Below, in pieces: positions 1-8,673 of a stretch of 32,000 bases of DNA (its first letter is position 1; every line of letters starts with the position of its first letter). The notes under the pieces were generated by a model. It did not search any database, had not been told where the DNA came from, and saw only the letters and a list, made by a program, of their open reading frames with translations. The translations under genes and the position numbers were made by a program. Origin of the DNA: Candidatus Peribacter riflensis (GTDB lineage Bacteria; Patescibacteriota; Gracilibacteria; Peribacterales; Peribacteraceae). The stretch spans positions 1-32,000 of the forward strand of contig CP013062.1 of assembly GCA_001430755.1 (NCBI GenBank), read 5' to 3'.

Positions 1-240
1 TCACGCGGGAGCATTCCACTTGCCCAGCAACGTCTCGTGGAAGCGCGCAATGATCGTTGCCACCCTCTGCAGAATTTTCCTGTCGGGACCCTCTGCCATG
101 TCGGCAATTTTCTCTTTCAGATCGACAGCACTAAAATTCGTGCCTCCACACAGATCACACACTCGTTGGAGGCCTTCGTTGCCCACTTGTGCGGTGAGCT
201 GTGCGATGAGTTCTTCCGATGAAGAGGGGGCTTGCAGCAT
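1..240 (-). CDS. hypothetical small protein (79 aa)
   Basis: Complete ORF (ATG at 240, TGA at 1-3), 52 nt downstream of and co-directional with the HD gene. It has a C-rich CTCCCC leader like other genes here. No family recognised. Confidence 0.4.
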   Translation of the reverse strand: MLQAPSSSEELIAQLTAQVGNEGLQRVCDLCGGTNFSAVDLKEKIADMAEGPDRKILQRVATIIARFHETLLGKWNAPA

Positions 241-292
241 TGCAGGGGAGAAAGGGCAGCATCATACGCATGGGCGCGCAGACTGCAACCGC

Positions 293-886
293 CTACAGCC
301 CGATTTCATGGGCAACGCCTTTCATGGCCTCGAGTGTCAGTCCGATAAAATCGGACAGAGAGATGCCAAGTAATTCCTCGCATTTCCTGATCTGCTCGCG
401 GTTCACCTGCGCCGCGAAGCTCTTCTCTTTAAATTTCTTGAGAACGCTCTTCACCTCCACATCTGCCAGCTTCTTCGACGGTCGCACGAGCGCGACGGCG
501 ATGATGAAGCCCGTGAGCTCATCGGCGCAGTACAGGCACTTGCGCAGCATCGAATCGAGCGGATGCTCGGCTCCGTACTTCTCGGCGTAGTGCGCGCGGA
601 TGTCGGCCAGCAGTTCAGCCGGAGCCTTGATGGGCGCGAGTAATTCCTCAAGTGTCTTGCCGCAGTGTTCCTCTGCATCCTTTGCCAATGTGTCCCAATC
701 CAGGTCATGCAGCATGCCGGCCACCTTCCACGTCTCGCTGTCACCGTCATAGTTCTTTGCCAGCGTCTCCATCACTGCACCCGTGGCAATGAGGTGTGCC
801 TTCGTCTTGTCGGCGTGCGCGGCGAGGAGCCCGTGCGCTTCGGGCAGAAGGTGCCCGTAGGTGGAATGTTGAAGAAGTGTTGTCAT
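293..886 (-). CDS. HD-domain phosphohydrolase (197 aa from ATG 886)
   Basis: H...HDLD motif context (VAGMLHDLDWD) typical of the HD superfamily. The ORF track starts at 964, but that start overlaps the lysK 3' end. ATG at 886 is preceded by CCCTCCC and avoids the overlap. Confidence 0.7.
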   Translation of the reverse strand: MTTLLQHSTYGHLLPEAHGLLAAHADKTKAHLIATGAVMETLAKNYDGDSETWKVAGMLHDLDWDTLAKDAEEHCGKTLEELLAPIKAPAELLADIRAHYAEKYGAEHPLDSMLRKCLYCADELTGFIIAVALVRPSKKLADVEVKSVLKKFKEKSFAAQVNREQIRKCEELLGISLSDFIGLTLEAMKGVAHEIGL

Positions 887-908
887 GGGAGGGCTCATGA
901 ACGTCTTA

Positions 909-943
909 GGAGAGGAAACAAAAGAAATAAAGGAAAGAAAGGA
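909..943 (-). repeat. pyrimidine-rich leader module (copy of 8631-8673)
   Basis: The minus-strand sequence is TCCTTTCTTTCCTTTATTTC/TTTTGTTTCCTCTCC. It matches the rplV-rpsC spacer at 19/20 nt plus 11/11 nt around a 9-nt indel. Confidence 0.8.
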
Positions 944-947
944 TGGC

Positions 948-2549
948 TCAAGAATAGAGCCCAATGCGCTTCAACACTTCCTCCTTCGGCAAGGTCGAGA
1001 GCAGCCAGCCCATCTGCGGGCCGTCATCTCTCTTGAAGAAGAGCTGGTAGAGCGGGGCGAAAATTTCCTTCGGCGGCATGTTCAATTCCGTCTTTACCGC
1101 ATGCAGCACCTTGTGCACTTCCTCGCCTGTCCAGGGGGTCTCTTTCAATTGCCGATGGATCATCGTAAAAGCCTGCTTCTGTGCTGCGGAAAGGGCAGGG
1201 AGCTCCTCGGGGGCAAAGTCTGCGTCCTGAACGAAGGTGAATCGAAACTGGGCGGGCGCGAGGGCTTTCAGCCAGCGTTTCGCGTAATCCGCGCGTTCCT
1301 GAAGGTTCGACTTTTCGGCTTCTGTCAGGGCTGAACCCTTTGCCTTTTCCGCTTCTTCCGGCAGGGCTAAGTGCGGCATTTGCACGATGAAGGCCACGAG
1401 CGTGAAGCGCATGTGCCAGAGATCTGCAGGTTTCTTCGGGAAATCCGTTTGTGTGAGGGTGAACGTGCGGGCGAAGTCAGGTTCCGGTTTTTCCTGCCTG
1501 CCGAAAGCGTAATCCGCCAGACGGTCATGCTCATCGAAGAGCTGCGGAATCGTCACGCCCTCCGGGTCGAAATCGATCGGCTGGTTGGGCTGTTTGCGAA
1601 TCATCAGGAGCTTCAGGATTTTTGGAGGAAGCAGATCTGACACTTCCTTGGCCGAAGCGCCGAGCCCCTTGCTTGCGCTCATCTTCTTGCCGGCGATGTT
1701 GAAGAATTCGTAGGGGATATTGAGCGGCTCGGGGTAGTGGAAAATTTCCTCGCAGATGCGCCGGCCGATATCGCGCGAACCTCCGGCGGCGGAATGATCC
1801 TTACCCGCTCCTTCGATTTTCACGTTCATCACCTTCCACTTGGCCGGCCATTCCACCTTCCACGGAAGCTTGGCATGACCGTCAAACGGGCTCACGGTTC
1901 CGCTGTGGCCGCATCCTTTGGCCCATTTCACCAGATCCGGCTTGCAGGCGTAGGTGACGAGTTTCCCGTCCCAGCCGGTTACCTGCGTCGTTCCGACCTT
2001 GCCGCACTGCTCGCAGATCACCTGGAGCGGATACCAGTCTTCCGGCTTCAGACTCCCGCTCACTGCGCGGTAGATCGTCCGAATCTCAGTTGCGTGATCC
2101 AATGCATCGCGGATGACCTCATTGAACTTCCCTTCCTTATAGAGAGGAGCGAGCGGGTAGTACGTAATCGGAATTTGGAGCCCCTTCACTACTTCCTGCA
2201 GTTCGTTGCCGAAGACCAGCGGGTAATTCGGCGCTTTCTTCGGATCAGGCGAAGGGACCGTGAAGAGCGGCTGGCCCATGTACTGGCGGAATTCCTCGCG
2301 ATTCGTCAGTGTCGCCGGCAGTTCATCCATCGGGTCGAAGTCGTTGAGCTCGAAGAGGAAGTCGCACGCAACCCCTTTTTCCTTCAGAACCTGTGCGAGC
2401 ACGCCATGGATGACGATGCCCCGCAGCGAGCCCACGTGCACGCGGCCCGAAAGCGTCTTCTCATCTCTGAGGATCAGCGGCTTGCCTGCTTTGATTTCCG
2501 CCGCGAAGCGCTGTTCGATCTCCCCGACGATGGAATCGACCCACTGCAT
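948..2549 (-). CDS. lysK: lysyl-tRNA synthetase, class I
   Basis: 533 aa. HIGH-like element (RVHVGSLRG), KMSKS-like KMSASKG, and overall class I LysRS architecture. Confidence 0.9.
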   Translation of the reverse strand: MQWVDSIVGEIEQRFAAEIKAGKPLILRDEKTLSGRVHVGSLRGIVIHGVLAQVLKEKGVACDFLFELNDFDPMDELPATLTNREEFRQYMGQPLFTVPSPDPKKAPNYPLVFGNELQEVVKGLQIPITYYPLAPLYKEGKFNEVIRDALDHATEIRTIYRAVSGSLKPEDWYPLQVICEQCGKVGTTQVTGWDGKLVTYACKPDLVKWAKGCGHSGTVSPFDGHAKLPWKVEWPAKWKVMNVKIEGAGKDHSAAGGSRDIGRRICEEIFHYPEPLNIPYEFFNIAGKKMSASKGLGASAKEVSDLLPPKILKLLMIRKQPNQPIDFDPEGVTIPQLFDEHDRLADYAFGRQEKPEPDFARTFTLTQTDFPKKPADLWHMRFTLVAFIVQMPHLALPEEAEKAKGSALTEAEKSNLQERADYAKRWLKALAPAQFRFTFVQDADFAPEELPALSAAQKQAFTMIHRQLKETPWTGEEVHKVLHAVKTELNMPPKEIFAPLYQLFFKRDDGPQMGWLLSTLPKEEVLKRIGLYS

Positions 2550-2635
2550 GGCTCAAGGATAGCGCGAATGGGTGCGGGATTGAATGCAATACAGGAGCGT
2601 ATTGGACTCTTGAAACAATGAACGGCGATCGCTCT

Positions 2636-4078
2636 CTACCTACAGGCACTCTCACACCAATAATCTTCTTGGGCAGAGGCATGGCACAAGAGGACATATG
2701 TGGTTATAGACACCGGAGAAACTGTAGTGCTGAATTTTCCGCGCTTGATGACACACTCTTGTTGTGCCTCATAAATGCACTCTCGCATCTGTGATATGGC
2801 ATCCTTACCAGCATCCATACAGCTTATGGCTGTCGATGATCCAGTGCAGGATCCCTGATAATTTTTTAGGCCAGAGCATTGCCCTGAAGTGTCACTCCAT
2901 ATGCCGTCGCCATCACCACAGAGGCAGCATGAAGTCTGGGCAACTTTACCATTGGAGTCCTGGCATTTGACGGGAGTACTTTTGCCAGAACAAAACTTTC
3001 CTGATCGACAATTGTCGTACGTTTTTGTTTTGGCAGTTAGATTGTATGTGATGCGAGTCTGGCACTCTGGCCAATTGGATATTGTCTGATTGGCACTGAC
3101 AGTGACCTCTCCTCCAGAGCGGTGTATCCAACGCTGCAGCTCTGCGATCCTCTTGTCTGCCTCAGCTTCATCTGCGAATACGTTGCAGCCGACGTCTTCA
3201 AATGAGGCGCATTCGAATGCACAGGTGCGGATACAGACATCAACTTTTTTAATAAAATTCAAACATCCTTGTCCGTGTCCCATGCGGATTTGGGTGAGGC
3301 CGGTACAGGAATTGATTTTTGGTATTACTGACAATAAATCTTCTTCCGGTACTGTGAATGTGTTTTCCGTAGAACATTGGGTCTGTCCTGCTTGCCAGCT
3401 ATTACAGAACCTTTTAAACATTGGATAACATACTTTTTGATCGGTGAGCCATTCACAATTTGGATCTGTATTACATGCTTTCCAATTATCAGCATAGGCG
3501 CCACACTCCGTGCTCTGTGCATAGAGGCAGAGACAACAATCTCGGCTCGATGAAGATGAAGATGGGGAAGAAGTGGACGGGGGAAGTGGTAGCGACTCCT
3601 CGCTTGTAGACGAAGATTCCTCAGAGCTCGATTGCGTTGCTGAACTCGACTCAGAAGACGATGACGACTCCCACCATGGAATAGATGAGGATGTATCACT
3701 CGATGAGCTCGTGGATTCCCAGTCCCACGGCGAGGTTGCGCTCGATTCCGAAGACGATGTCGTATCTTCCGATGAAGAAGACGGTTCTTGCCACTGGATA
3801 GGCAGCGTGTCACTCGATGACGATGATTCGACCGGCATCCACCATGGAATGGATGAGGATGTATCACTCGATGAGCTCGTGGATTCCCAGTCCCACGGCG
3901 AGGTTGCGCTCGCAGAAGAGAGATACGGTTCCGAGAATGCCGATGACGTTGACGAGGATGACGGATAGACGAAGTAAGGCAGTGCGAGTGCCGATACCGC
4001 AGGCAGATTTCCCGTTTGCAGTAATCCAATGAGGCTAACCGCAAACCCAAGGAGAACGAACCGTGTGAACCGCACCAT
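2636..4078 (-). CDS. secreted or surface protein with signal-anchor, Ser-rich Trp-containing repeats and a Cys-rich C-terminal domain (480 aa)
   Basis: Start taken at ATG 4078 (MVRFTRFVLLGFAVSLIGLL..AVSA hydrophobic N-terminus). There is a poly-Ser linker with a duplicated ATSPWDWESTSSSSDTSSSIPWW unit. The roughly 300-aa C-terminal part has more than 30 Cys, including two CCLC motifs. No family recognised. Confidence 0.7.
   Translation of the reverse strand: MVRFTRFVLLGFAVSLIGLLQTGNLPAVSALALPYFVYPSSSSTSSAFSEPYLSSASATSPWDWESTSSSSDTSSSIPWWMPVESSSSSDTLPIQWQEPSSSSEDTTSSSESSATSPWDWESTSSSSDTSSSIPWWESSSSSESSSATQSSSEESSSTSEESLPLPPSTSSPSSSSSSRDCCLCLYAQSTECGAYADNWKACNTDPNCEWLTDQKVCYPMFKRFCNSWQAGQTQCSTENTFTVPEEDLLSVIPKINSCTGLTQIRMGHGQGCLNFIKKVDVCIRTCAFECASFEDVGCNVFADEAEADKRIAELQRWIHRSGGEVTVSANQTISNWPECQTRITYNLTAKTKTYDNCRSGKFCSGKSTPVKCQDSNGKVAQTSCCLCGDGDGIWSDTSGQCSGLKNYQGSCTGSSTAISCMDAGKDAISQMRECIYEAQQECVIKRGKFSTTVSPVSITTYVLLCHASAQEDYWCESACR
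3671..3912. repeat. in-gene direct duplication, 168-bp period
   Basis: 3671-3744 and 3839-3912 are 73/74 identical (one A/G difference). They encode the duplicated SPWDWES...IPWW unit. Confidence 0.9.
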
Positions 4079-4103
4079 AATTTGTGTGTGGGAGATTAAT
4101 GAT

Positions 4104-4132
4104 ATTATACATCTATTCCACAGTTTTATCAA
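4104..4132 (-). promoter_or_regulatory. sigma70-type promoter for the Cys-rich protein gene
   Basis: The minus strand reads TTGATA (4132-4127), a 17-nt spacer, then TATAAT (4109-4104). It lies in an AT-rich spacer about 26 nt upstream of ATG 4078. Confidence 0.5.
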
Positions 4133-4178
4133 ATCAGTGTTGAGATCAAGAAAACTATTGAGATCACGTAATCCCGCA

Positions 4179-4991
4179 TTATCCGAGAGCAACATCCAGC
4201 GTCATCATCACGGCAAAACCGGCCAGCGCCGCCAGTGTGGCAAGATCGGTGTTGTGCCCCGCCTGCGATTCGGGAATCACTTCTTCCACGACCACAAAGA
4301 TCATGGCTCCTGCCGCAAACGCGAGGGCGAAGGGGAGGAGGGGACGCATGAGCAATACCGCTGCGGCGCCCAGGATTCCCGCCACAGGTTCCACCAGCGC
4401 GGAGCTCTGGCCGATGAAAAAACTGCGCCAACGGGACAGGCCGTTATTGCGCAGGGGCAGCGAGACAGCGGCACCCTCGGGAAAATTCTGCAGCCCGATG
4501 CCGATGGCCAACGCGATGGCGCCGGTGAGCGATGCTCCGCTGATACCGGCTCCCACGGCCCCGAATGCAACACCCACGGCCAGTCCTTCCGGGATGTTGT
4601 GCAGCGTGATGGCCAGCGTCAGGAGAATATTGTGGTGCCAGTTTGTGCGGATTCCCTCCGCTTCCGTCACGGGCGCAAAGAGGTGCAGGTGCGGCAGCAG
4701 GCGATCCATTCCGTAGAGCGCTATTCCCCCGAGGAGGAATCCTGTCAGCGGCGGGAACCAGGGCGCGTAGCCCATTTCGCCCGAGAGCGTGATCGCAGGA
4801 GCGAGCAGAGACCAGAAACTTGCAGCGATCATGACGCCTGCGGCAAAACCGAGTGAGGCTTCCAGAATCCGGCGGTCGATCCCTCTGCAGAAGAAGACCG
4901 ACGCAGCCCCCAGTGCGGTGACGGCCCAGGTGAAGAGCGTGGCGAGGGCCGCCTGCCAGATGGGATGGAGCGCGGTGAACGTCGCAATCAT
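4179..4991 (-). CDS. zupT: ZIP-family divalent metal (zinc) transporter
   Basis: Polytopic membrane protein with a HNIPEGLAVG signature. The hydrophobic N-terminus starts at ATG 4991 (ORF track start is 5030). Confidence 0.85.
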   Translation of the reverse strand: MIATFTALHPIWQAALATLFTWAVTALGAASVFFCRGIDRRILEASLGFAAGVMIAASFWSLLAPAITLSGEMGYAPWFPPLTGFLLGGIALYGMDRLLPHLHLFAPVTEAEGIRTNWHHNILLTLAITLHNIPEGLAVGVAFGAVGAGISGASLTGAIALAIGIGLQNFPEGAAVSLPLRNNGLSRWRSFFIGQSSALVEPVAGILGAAAVLLMRPLLPFALAFAAGAMIFVVVEEVIPESQAGHNTDLATLAALAGFAVMMTLDVALG

Positions 4992-5069
4992 GTGCCTACA
5001 GTGTAGAGGGATCTCTCGTACGCTGGCCAATGCGTGGCTCGCGCAGTGGCAAAATCCTTTCTAAAGTGT

Positions 5070-5097
5070 TTGACCCCGGATCAATTGTCCGTAATAT
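5070..5097 (+). promoter_or_regulatory. candidate promoter of the ribosomal-protein operon
   Basis: TTGACC (5070-5075), a 16-nt spacer, then TAATAT (5092-5097). This predicts a leader of about 100 nt before rplC. Confidence 0.4.
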
Positions 5098-5201
5098 GCC
5101 TCCGCATTCCGATTCATTCTTCGGGGTGAATCGAACAATTTGCGACGTTCCAGACCGTCTTCCCCTTCGGAATAAACGGTCCAGAAGAACCTCCCGCACC
5201 T

Positions 5202-5816
5202 ATGCCTTCCGGTCTCATCGCACGCAAAGTCGGCATGTCCAAAGTCTTCCTCGAGAACGGGGAGGCGGTGCCGGTGACATACCTGCGGGTTCCGACGAAC
5301 ATTGTCGTTCGCACGAAAACCAAAGAGAAAGACGGCTACGATGCCGTTGTTCTGGGGATCGATCCCAAGAACTGGAAGTCGCGCAAAGGCAAGGAGCACG
5401 TGCGGTACGCCGTGCAGAAGGAGTGGGCGGTCGAGTCCCTCGATGGACTCAACCCCGGCACACAGGTGACAGTCGAGTCCGTTCCGGCCGAAAGCCAGGT
5501 CACGATCGTCGGTGTTAGTAAAGGAAAGGGATTTCAGGGAGTGGTGAAGCGATACCACTTCACCCGTGGTCCCATGTCGCACGGATCCCACCACCACCGC
5601 GAACCGGGTTCGTCGGGCATGCGTGAGAAGCCGGGTCGCGTGATTAAGGGCAAGCGCTATCCGGGACACATGGGTTTGGATCAACTGACACTCAAGCACC
5701 GCCCCGTGATGGCGTGTGACGCGAAAAGTGGCGTATTTGCAGTCAAAGGGCCGATTCCTGGCCCTTCTGGTGCTGCCGTGTACGTCACGATTGAATCCGT
5801 TCCCGCGAAGAAATGA
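5202..5816 (+). CDS. rplC: 50S ribosomal protein L3
   Basis: The GLIARKVGMSKVF N-terminus and length are typical of uL3. Confidence 0.95.
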   Translation: MPSGLIARKVGMSKVFLENGEAVPVTYLRVPTNIVVRTKTKEKDGYDAVVLGIDPKNWKSRKGKEHVRYAVQKEWAVESLDGLNPGTQVTVESVPAESQVTIVGVSKGKGFQGVVKRYHFTRGPMSHGSHHHREPGSSGMREKPGRVIKGKRYPGHMGLDQLTLKHRPVMACDAKSGVFAVKGPIPGPSGAAVYVTIESVPAKK

Positions 5817-6574
5817 CGATTGATGTCTACACTGCTACCGGCACGAAGAAGGGGACAGCCGAGCTGTCCGCCGCTCTCTTTGGAGCTCCCATCAATACGG
5901 GGCTCATGCACCAGGCGGTCATGCTGCAGCAGGGCAACCGCCGCGCTTCGATTGCAAACTCGTTGACGCGCAGTGAAATCCGCGGTTCGACGCGCAAGCT
6001 CTTTGCCCAGAAGGGAACGGGACGCGCACGCCGCGGTTCCGTGCGCAGCCCCCTGCTCAAAGGAGGCAACAAGGCGTTCGGTCCGCGCAGCGTGGCCAAC
6101 TTCAGCCGCAACATGCCGCACAGCATGCGCCGTGCCGCTCTGCTGTCGAGCCTCTCGTACCAGGCGAAGCGCGGCGTGATTCTGGGGCTTGAGAATTACC
6201 CCGATGCTGTGAAGACGAAAGAGGCCCATGCACTGCTGAAGAAGCTCCCCGTGGCACTCGGCCGCTCCATTCTCTTCGTTCTGCCAGAGAAACACAGTGG
6301 CCTCTCGCTCTCCGTCCGCAATATTCCGCGCGTGAAGACACTCCTCGTGAATTACCTGAATCCCGAAGATATCCTCGCCGCACATCACGTGATCTTCCTC
6401 ACGGAGGCACTCACCAAGGCGGAGCAGATCTTTACGGCCAAAAAGCAGCGCGTCGCAGAAGAGGCTCCCGCGAAAGTGCAGACAGAGAAGAAGGCAGAAA
6501 AGCCCTCTGTGAAGCCAAAAACTGCCAAGAAAGCCCCTGCCAAGAAAGCAGCAAAATCCTCCAAGCAAGCGTAA
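5813..6574 (+). CDS. rplD: 50S ribosomal protein L4 (Lys/Ala-rich C-terminal tail)
   Basis: uL4 core (GTGRARRGS). ATGA overlap with rplC. C-terminal low-complexity extension of about 45 aa. Confidence 0.95.
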   Translation: MTIDVYTATGTKKGTAELSAALFGAPINTGLMHQAVMLQQGNRRASIANSLTRSEIRGSTRKLFAQKGTGRARRGSVRSPLLKGGNKAFGPRSVANFSRNMPHSMRRAALLSSLSYQAKRGVILGLENYPDAVKTKEAHALLKKLPVALGRSILFVLPEKHSGLSLSVRNIPRVKTLLVNYLNPEDILAAHHVIFLTEALTKAEQIFTAKKQRVAEEAPAKVQTEKKAEKPSVKPKTAKKAPAKKAAKSSKQA

Positions 6575-6883
6575 ATGAATTACTCCCGCGTCATCCTCGG
6601 CCCCGTCGTCACAGAGAAAGCAGAGCGCCTGAAGGCCGCCGACAGACATGGGTACACGCTCTGGGTGGACAAGGCGGCAACCAAGATCGATGTGAAGTCC
6701 GCACTCGAACACTTCTATGACGTCGAAGTCGCCTCGATCCGCGTGATGCGCACCCTGAGCAAGAGCCGGTCCTTCGGGGCGGCCTCGCAGCGCATGGTGA
6801 AGCGTCCGGCGCAGAAGAAGATGCTCGTTACGTTGAAGCCCAAGAGCAAGCCCCTCGATCTCGCTACCTTTAAACACTCCTGA
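6575..6883 (+). CDS. rplW: 50S ribosomal protein L23
   Basis: uL23 pattern (PVVTEKA...KKMLVTL) in conserved operon position. Confidence 0.93.
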   Translation: MNYSRVILGPVVTEKAERLKAADRHGYTLWVDKAATKIDVKSALEHFYDVEVASIRVMRTLSKSRSFGAASQRMVKRPAQKKMLVTLKPKSKPLDLATFKHS

Positions 6884-6885
6884 TC

Positions 6886-7737
6886 ATGCCGATCCGCATC
6901 TGTTCACCAACGACTCCCGGACGACGCCAGATGACGATCGCGGATTTCTCTGGCCTCACGAAGAAGCGGCCCGAAAAACGGCTGACCTTTGGCAAGCAGG
7001 CGATCAACGGCCGCAATAACATCGGCCGCATCACGGTCCGGCACCGCGGAGGCGGCCACAAGCGTCTGTACCGTCTCATCGATTTCAAGCGTATCGACAA
7101 GCACGGCGTGCCCGGAACGGTCGCTTCCATCGAGTACGATCCCAACCGCACGGCACGCATCGCGCTCGTGCATTACATTGACGGTGACAAGCGCTACATC
7201 CTCGCTCCAGAAGGGATGGCAATCGGTGCCCAGGTGGTTTGCGCCGAGCGCACGAAGGTGAAGCTGGGCAATTGCATGCAGATGCAGTACATCCCCATGG
7301 GGTACAAGGTGCACAATGTAGAGATGCAGCGCGGCCGCGGCGGGCAGATTGTCCGTTCGGCCGGCTCCTCGGCAACGCTCATCGGCCTGGATGGCGACTA
7401 TGTGCTCGTCCAGCTGCCCTCGACCGAAGTGCGCAAAGTCCGGAAGGAGTGCTACGCCACGGTCGGTACGGTGAGTAACATCGATCACAACCTCATTTCC
7501 ATCGGCAAGGCCGGCCGCAGCCGCTGGCTCGGTCACCGGCCGCAGGTGCTGGGTAAGTCCATGAATGCTGTGGATCACCCGCATGGAGGAGGAGAAGGCC
7601 ACGCTCCGATCGGGCTCAGGAGCGGACCCAAGACGCCGTGGGGCAAGCCGGCCCGTGGTGTGAAGACCCGCCGCAAGAAGAAGGTCACGAACCGATGGAT
7701 CATCCGCCGCCGCATCAAGAAGCCACGCAAGAAGTAA
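6886..7737 (+). CDS. rplB: 50S ribosomal protein L2
   Basis: uL2 motifs ([17 protein letters not shown]). Confidence 0.97.
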   Translation: MPIRICSPTTPGRRQMTIADFSGLTKKRPEKRLTFGKQAINGRNNIGRITVRHRGGGHKRLYRLIDFKRIDKHGVPGTVASIEYDPNRTARIALVHYIDGDKRYILAPEGMAIGAQVVCAERTKVKLGNCMQMQYIPMGYKVHNVEMQRGRGGQIVRSAGSSATLIGLDGDYVLVQLPSTEVRKVRKECYATVGTVSNIDHNLISIGKAGRSRWLGHRPQVLGKSMNAVDHPHGGGEGHAPIGLRSGPKTPWGKPARGVKTRRKKKVTNRWIIRRRIKKPRKK

Positions 7738-7747
7738 TTTATCCCCT

Positions 7748-7783
7748 TAACCCTAACCCTAACCCTAACCCTAACCCTAACCC
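7748..7783 (+). repeat. (TAACCC)x6 perfect hexamer array (complement GGGTTA, telomere-type unit)
   Basis: Six perfect tandem copies fill the rplB-rpsS spacer and end 1 nt before the rpsS ATG. Confidence 0.98.
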
Positions 7784-7784
7784 T

Positions 7785-8129
7785 ATGTCCCGCTCCCTCA
7801 GCAAAGGCCCCTACGTCGATCCGCGCCTTCTCAAAAAGGTGATGGCGATGGTGGGCGCCGGCGAAAAGAAGATCATCAAGACGTGGGCCCGGGATTGCGA
7901 TATTCCGCCGGAGTTCGTGGGATTCACGTTCGCGGTGCACAACGGCAAGGAATTCACGCCCGTGTACGTCACGGAGCAGATGGTGGGGCACAAGCTCGGC
8001 GAATTCTCCTGGACGACGAAGTTCAAGATCCACGGCGGCAAGATGCAAGAGGCACAGACCGCCGCCGCTTCTGCCGCCGCCGCACCGGCCCCTGCTGCTC
8101 CCGCAGCCGGTAAACCCGCTTCCAAATAA
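7785..8129 (+). CDS. rpsS: 30S ribosomal protein S19 (Ala/Pro-rich C-terminal tail)
   Basis: The [12 protein letters not shown] start at ATG 7785 matches uS19. The upstream part of the tracked ORF only translates the hexamer repeat. Confidence 0.93.
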   Translation: MSRSLSKGPYVDPRLLKKVMAMVGAGEKKIIKTWARDCDIPPEFVGFTFAVHNGKEFTPVYVTEQMVGHKLGEFSWTTKFKIHGGKMQEAQTAAASAAAAPAPAAPAAGKPASK

Positions 8130-8132
8130 CCC

Positions 8133-8630
8133 ATGAGAGCCTACCTCCGCTCCGCACGCATCGCGCCCAAGAAACTAAGCGTCATCGCCCAGATGGTCCG
8201 TGGTCTCACAGTGCCCGAGGCGCAGGAATCTCTGGAGCATACGCACAAGAAGGGTGCGCGCATGATTCTCGCCTTGCTGAAGTCCGCTACCGCGAATGCA
8301 GTACACAACGACAAGCAGCGTCCCGAGGATCTCGTGATCCGCACCATCGTGGTGAACCAGGCGCAGAGCTATCGCCGCGGTGTGCCGATGGCGCGCGGAC
8401 GCATGCGCCCCATCCGAAAGTTCTTGAGCCACATCGAGATCGTCTTAGGAGTTGCCGATGCGGAAGGTGAAGGGGAGAAGATTAAAAGGAAAGAAAAAAG
8501 GAAGAGGAACCAAAAGAATGGCGCAAAAACTTCACAGGAGCAGAAAAAAGCTGTACAAGGAGACGCTCCTTCAAAAAAGAAGACGACAAAGCATGCTGCC
8601 TCCGATTCCAACACCTCAAAAAGCGTGTAA
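8133..8630 (+). CDS. rplV: 50S ribosomal protein L22 (about 55-aa basic C-terminal tail)
   Basis: uL22 core followed by the tail EGEGEKIKRKEKRKRNQKNG... Confidence 0.93.
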   Translation: MRAYLRSARIAPKKLSVIAQMVRGLTVPEAQESLEHTHKKGARMILALLKSATANAVHNDKQRPEDLVIRTIVVNQAQSYRRGVPMARGRMRPIRKFLSHIEIVLGVADAEGEGEKIKRKEKRKRNQKNGAKTSQEQKKAVQGDAPSKKKTTKHAASDSNTSKSV

Positions 8631-8673
8631 TCCTTTCATTCCTTTATTTCCCTTCATTCTTTTGTTTCCTTCC
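8631..8673 (+). repeat. pyrimidine-rich leader module (copy of 909-943 minus)
   Basis: TCCTTTCATTCCTTTATTTC[CCTTCATTC]TTTTGTTTCCTTCC, directly upstream of rpsC. Confidence 0.8.

Noticed and set aside
2587-2604. Small hairpin CAATAC-AGGAGC-GTATTG, plus a GCGATCGC palindrome, in the spacer downstream of the Cys-rich gene, as a terminator or HIP1-like repeat.
   Set aside because: The stem is only 6 bp, with no U tract on the transcribed strand. The octamer occurs once, which is insufficient to call.
3671-3912. Possible DGR: an Avd-like four-helix-bundle gene plus a 74-bp near-identical repeat pair in a surface-protein gene (template and variable region?).
   Set aside because: No reverse transcriptase is present in the window. 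The two copies differ at a single position, which is not an adenine-specific pattern. Both lie in frame inside one gene 168 bp apart, so they are an ordinary internal duplication, and the four-helix-bundle gene is 14 kb away.
4079-4195. Longer form of the Cys-rich protein starting at 4195 (39 extra residues), and the HD protein starting at 964.
   Set aside because: The 4195 start would overlap the zupT 3' end, run through the AT-rich promoter and place the signal peptide internally. The 964 start overlaps lysK and translates the pyrimidine leader repeat.
5681-6877. Long antisense or off-frame ORFs in the track. Examples: 5681-6877 (-, 398 aa), 20831-22204 (-, 457 aa), 8616-9389 (-), 12578-13507 (-), 19216-20001 (-), 28138-29043 (+), 28706-29626 (-), 15458-16381 (-).
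   Set aside because: They lie opposite or out of frame to unmistakable conserved genes (ribosomal proteins, map, SPFH, rpiB). They have Arg/Gly/His-rich shadow-ORF composition, which is typical of high-GC DNA, and match no family.
7748-7783. True telomere or linear-replicon end, suggested by the TTAGGG-type repeat.
   Set aside because: The array is internal, only 36 bp long, and flanked on both sides by co-directional essential genes of one operon.
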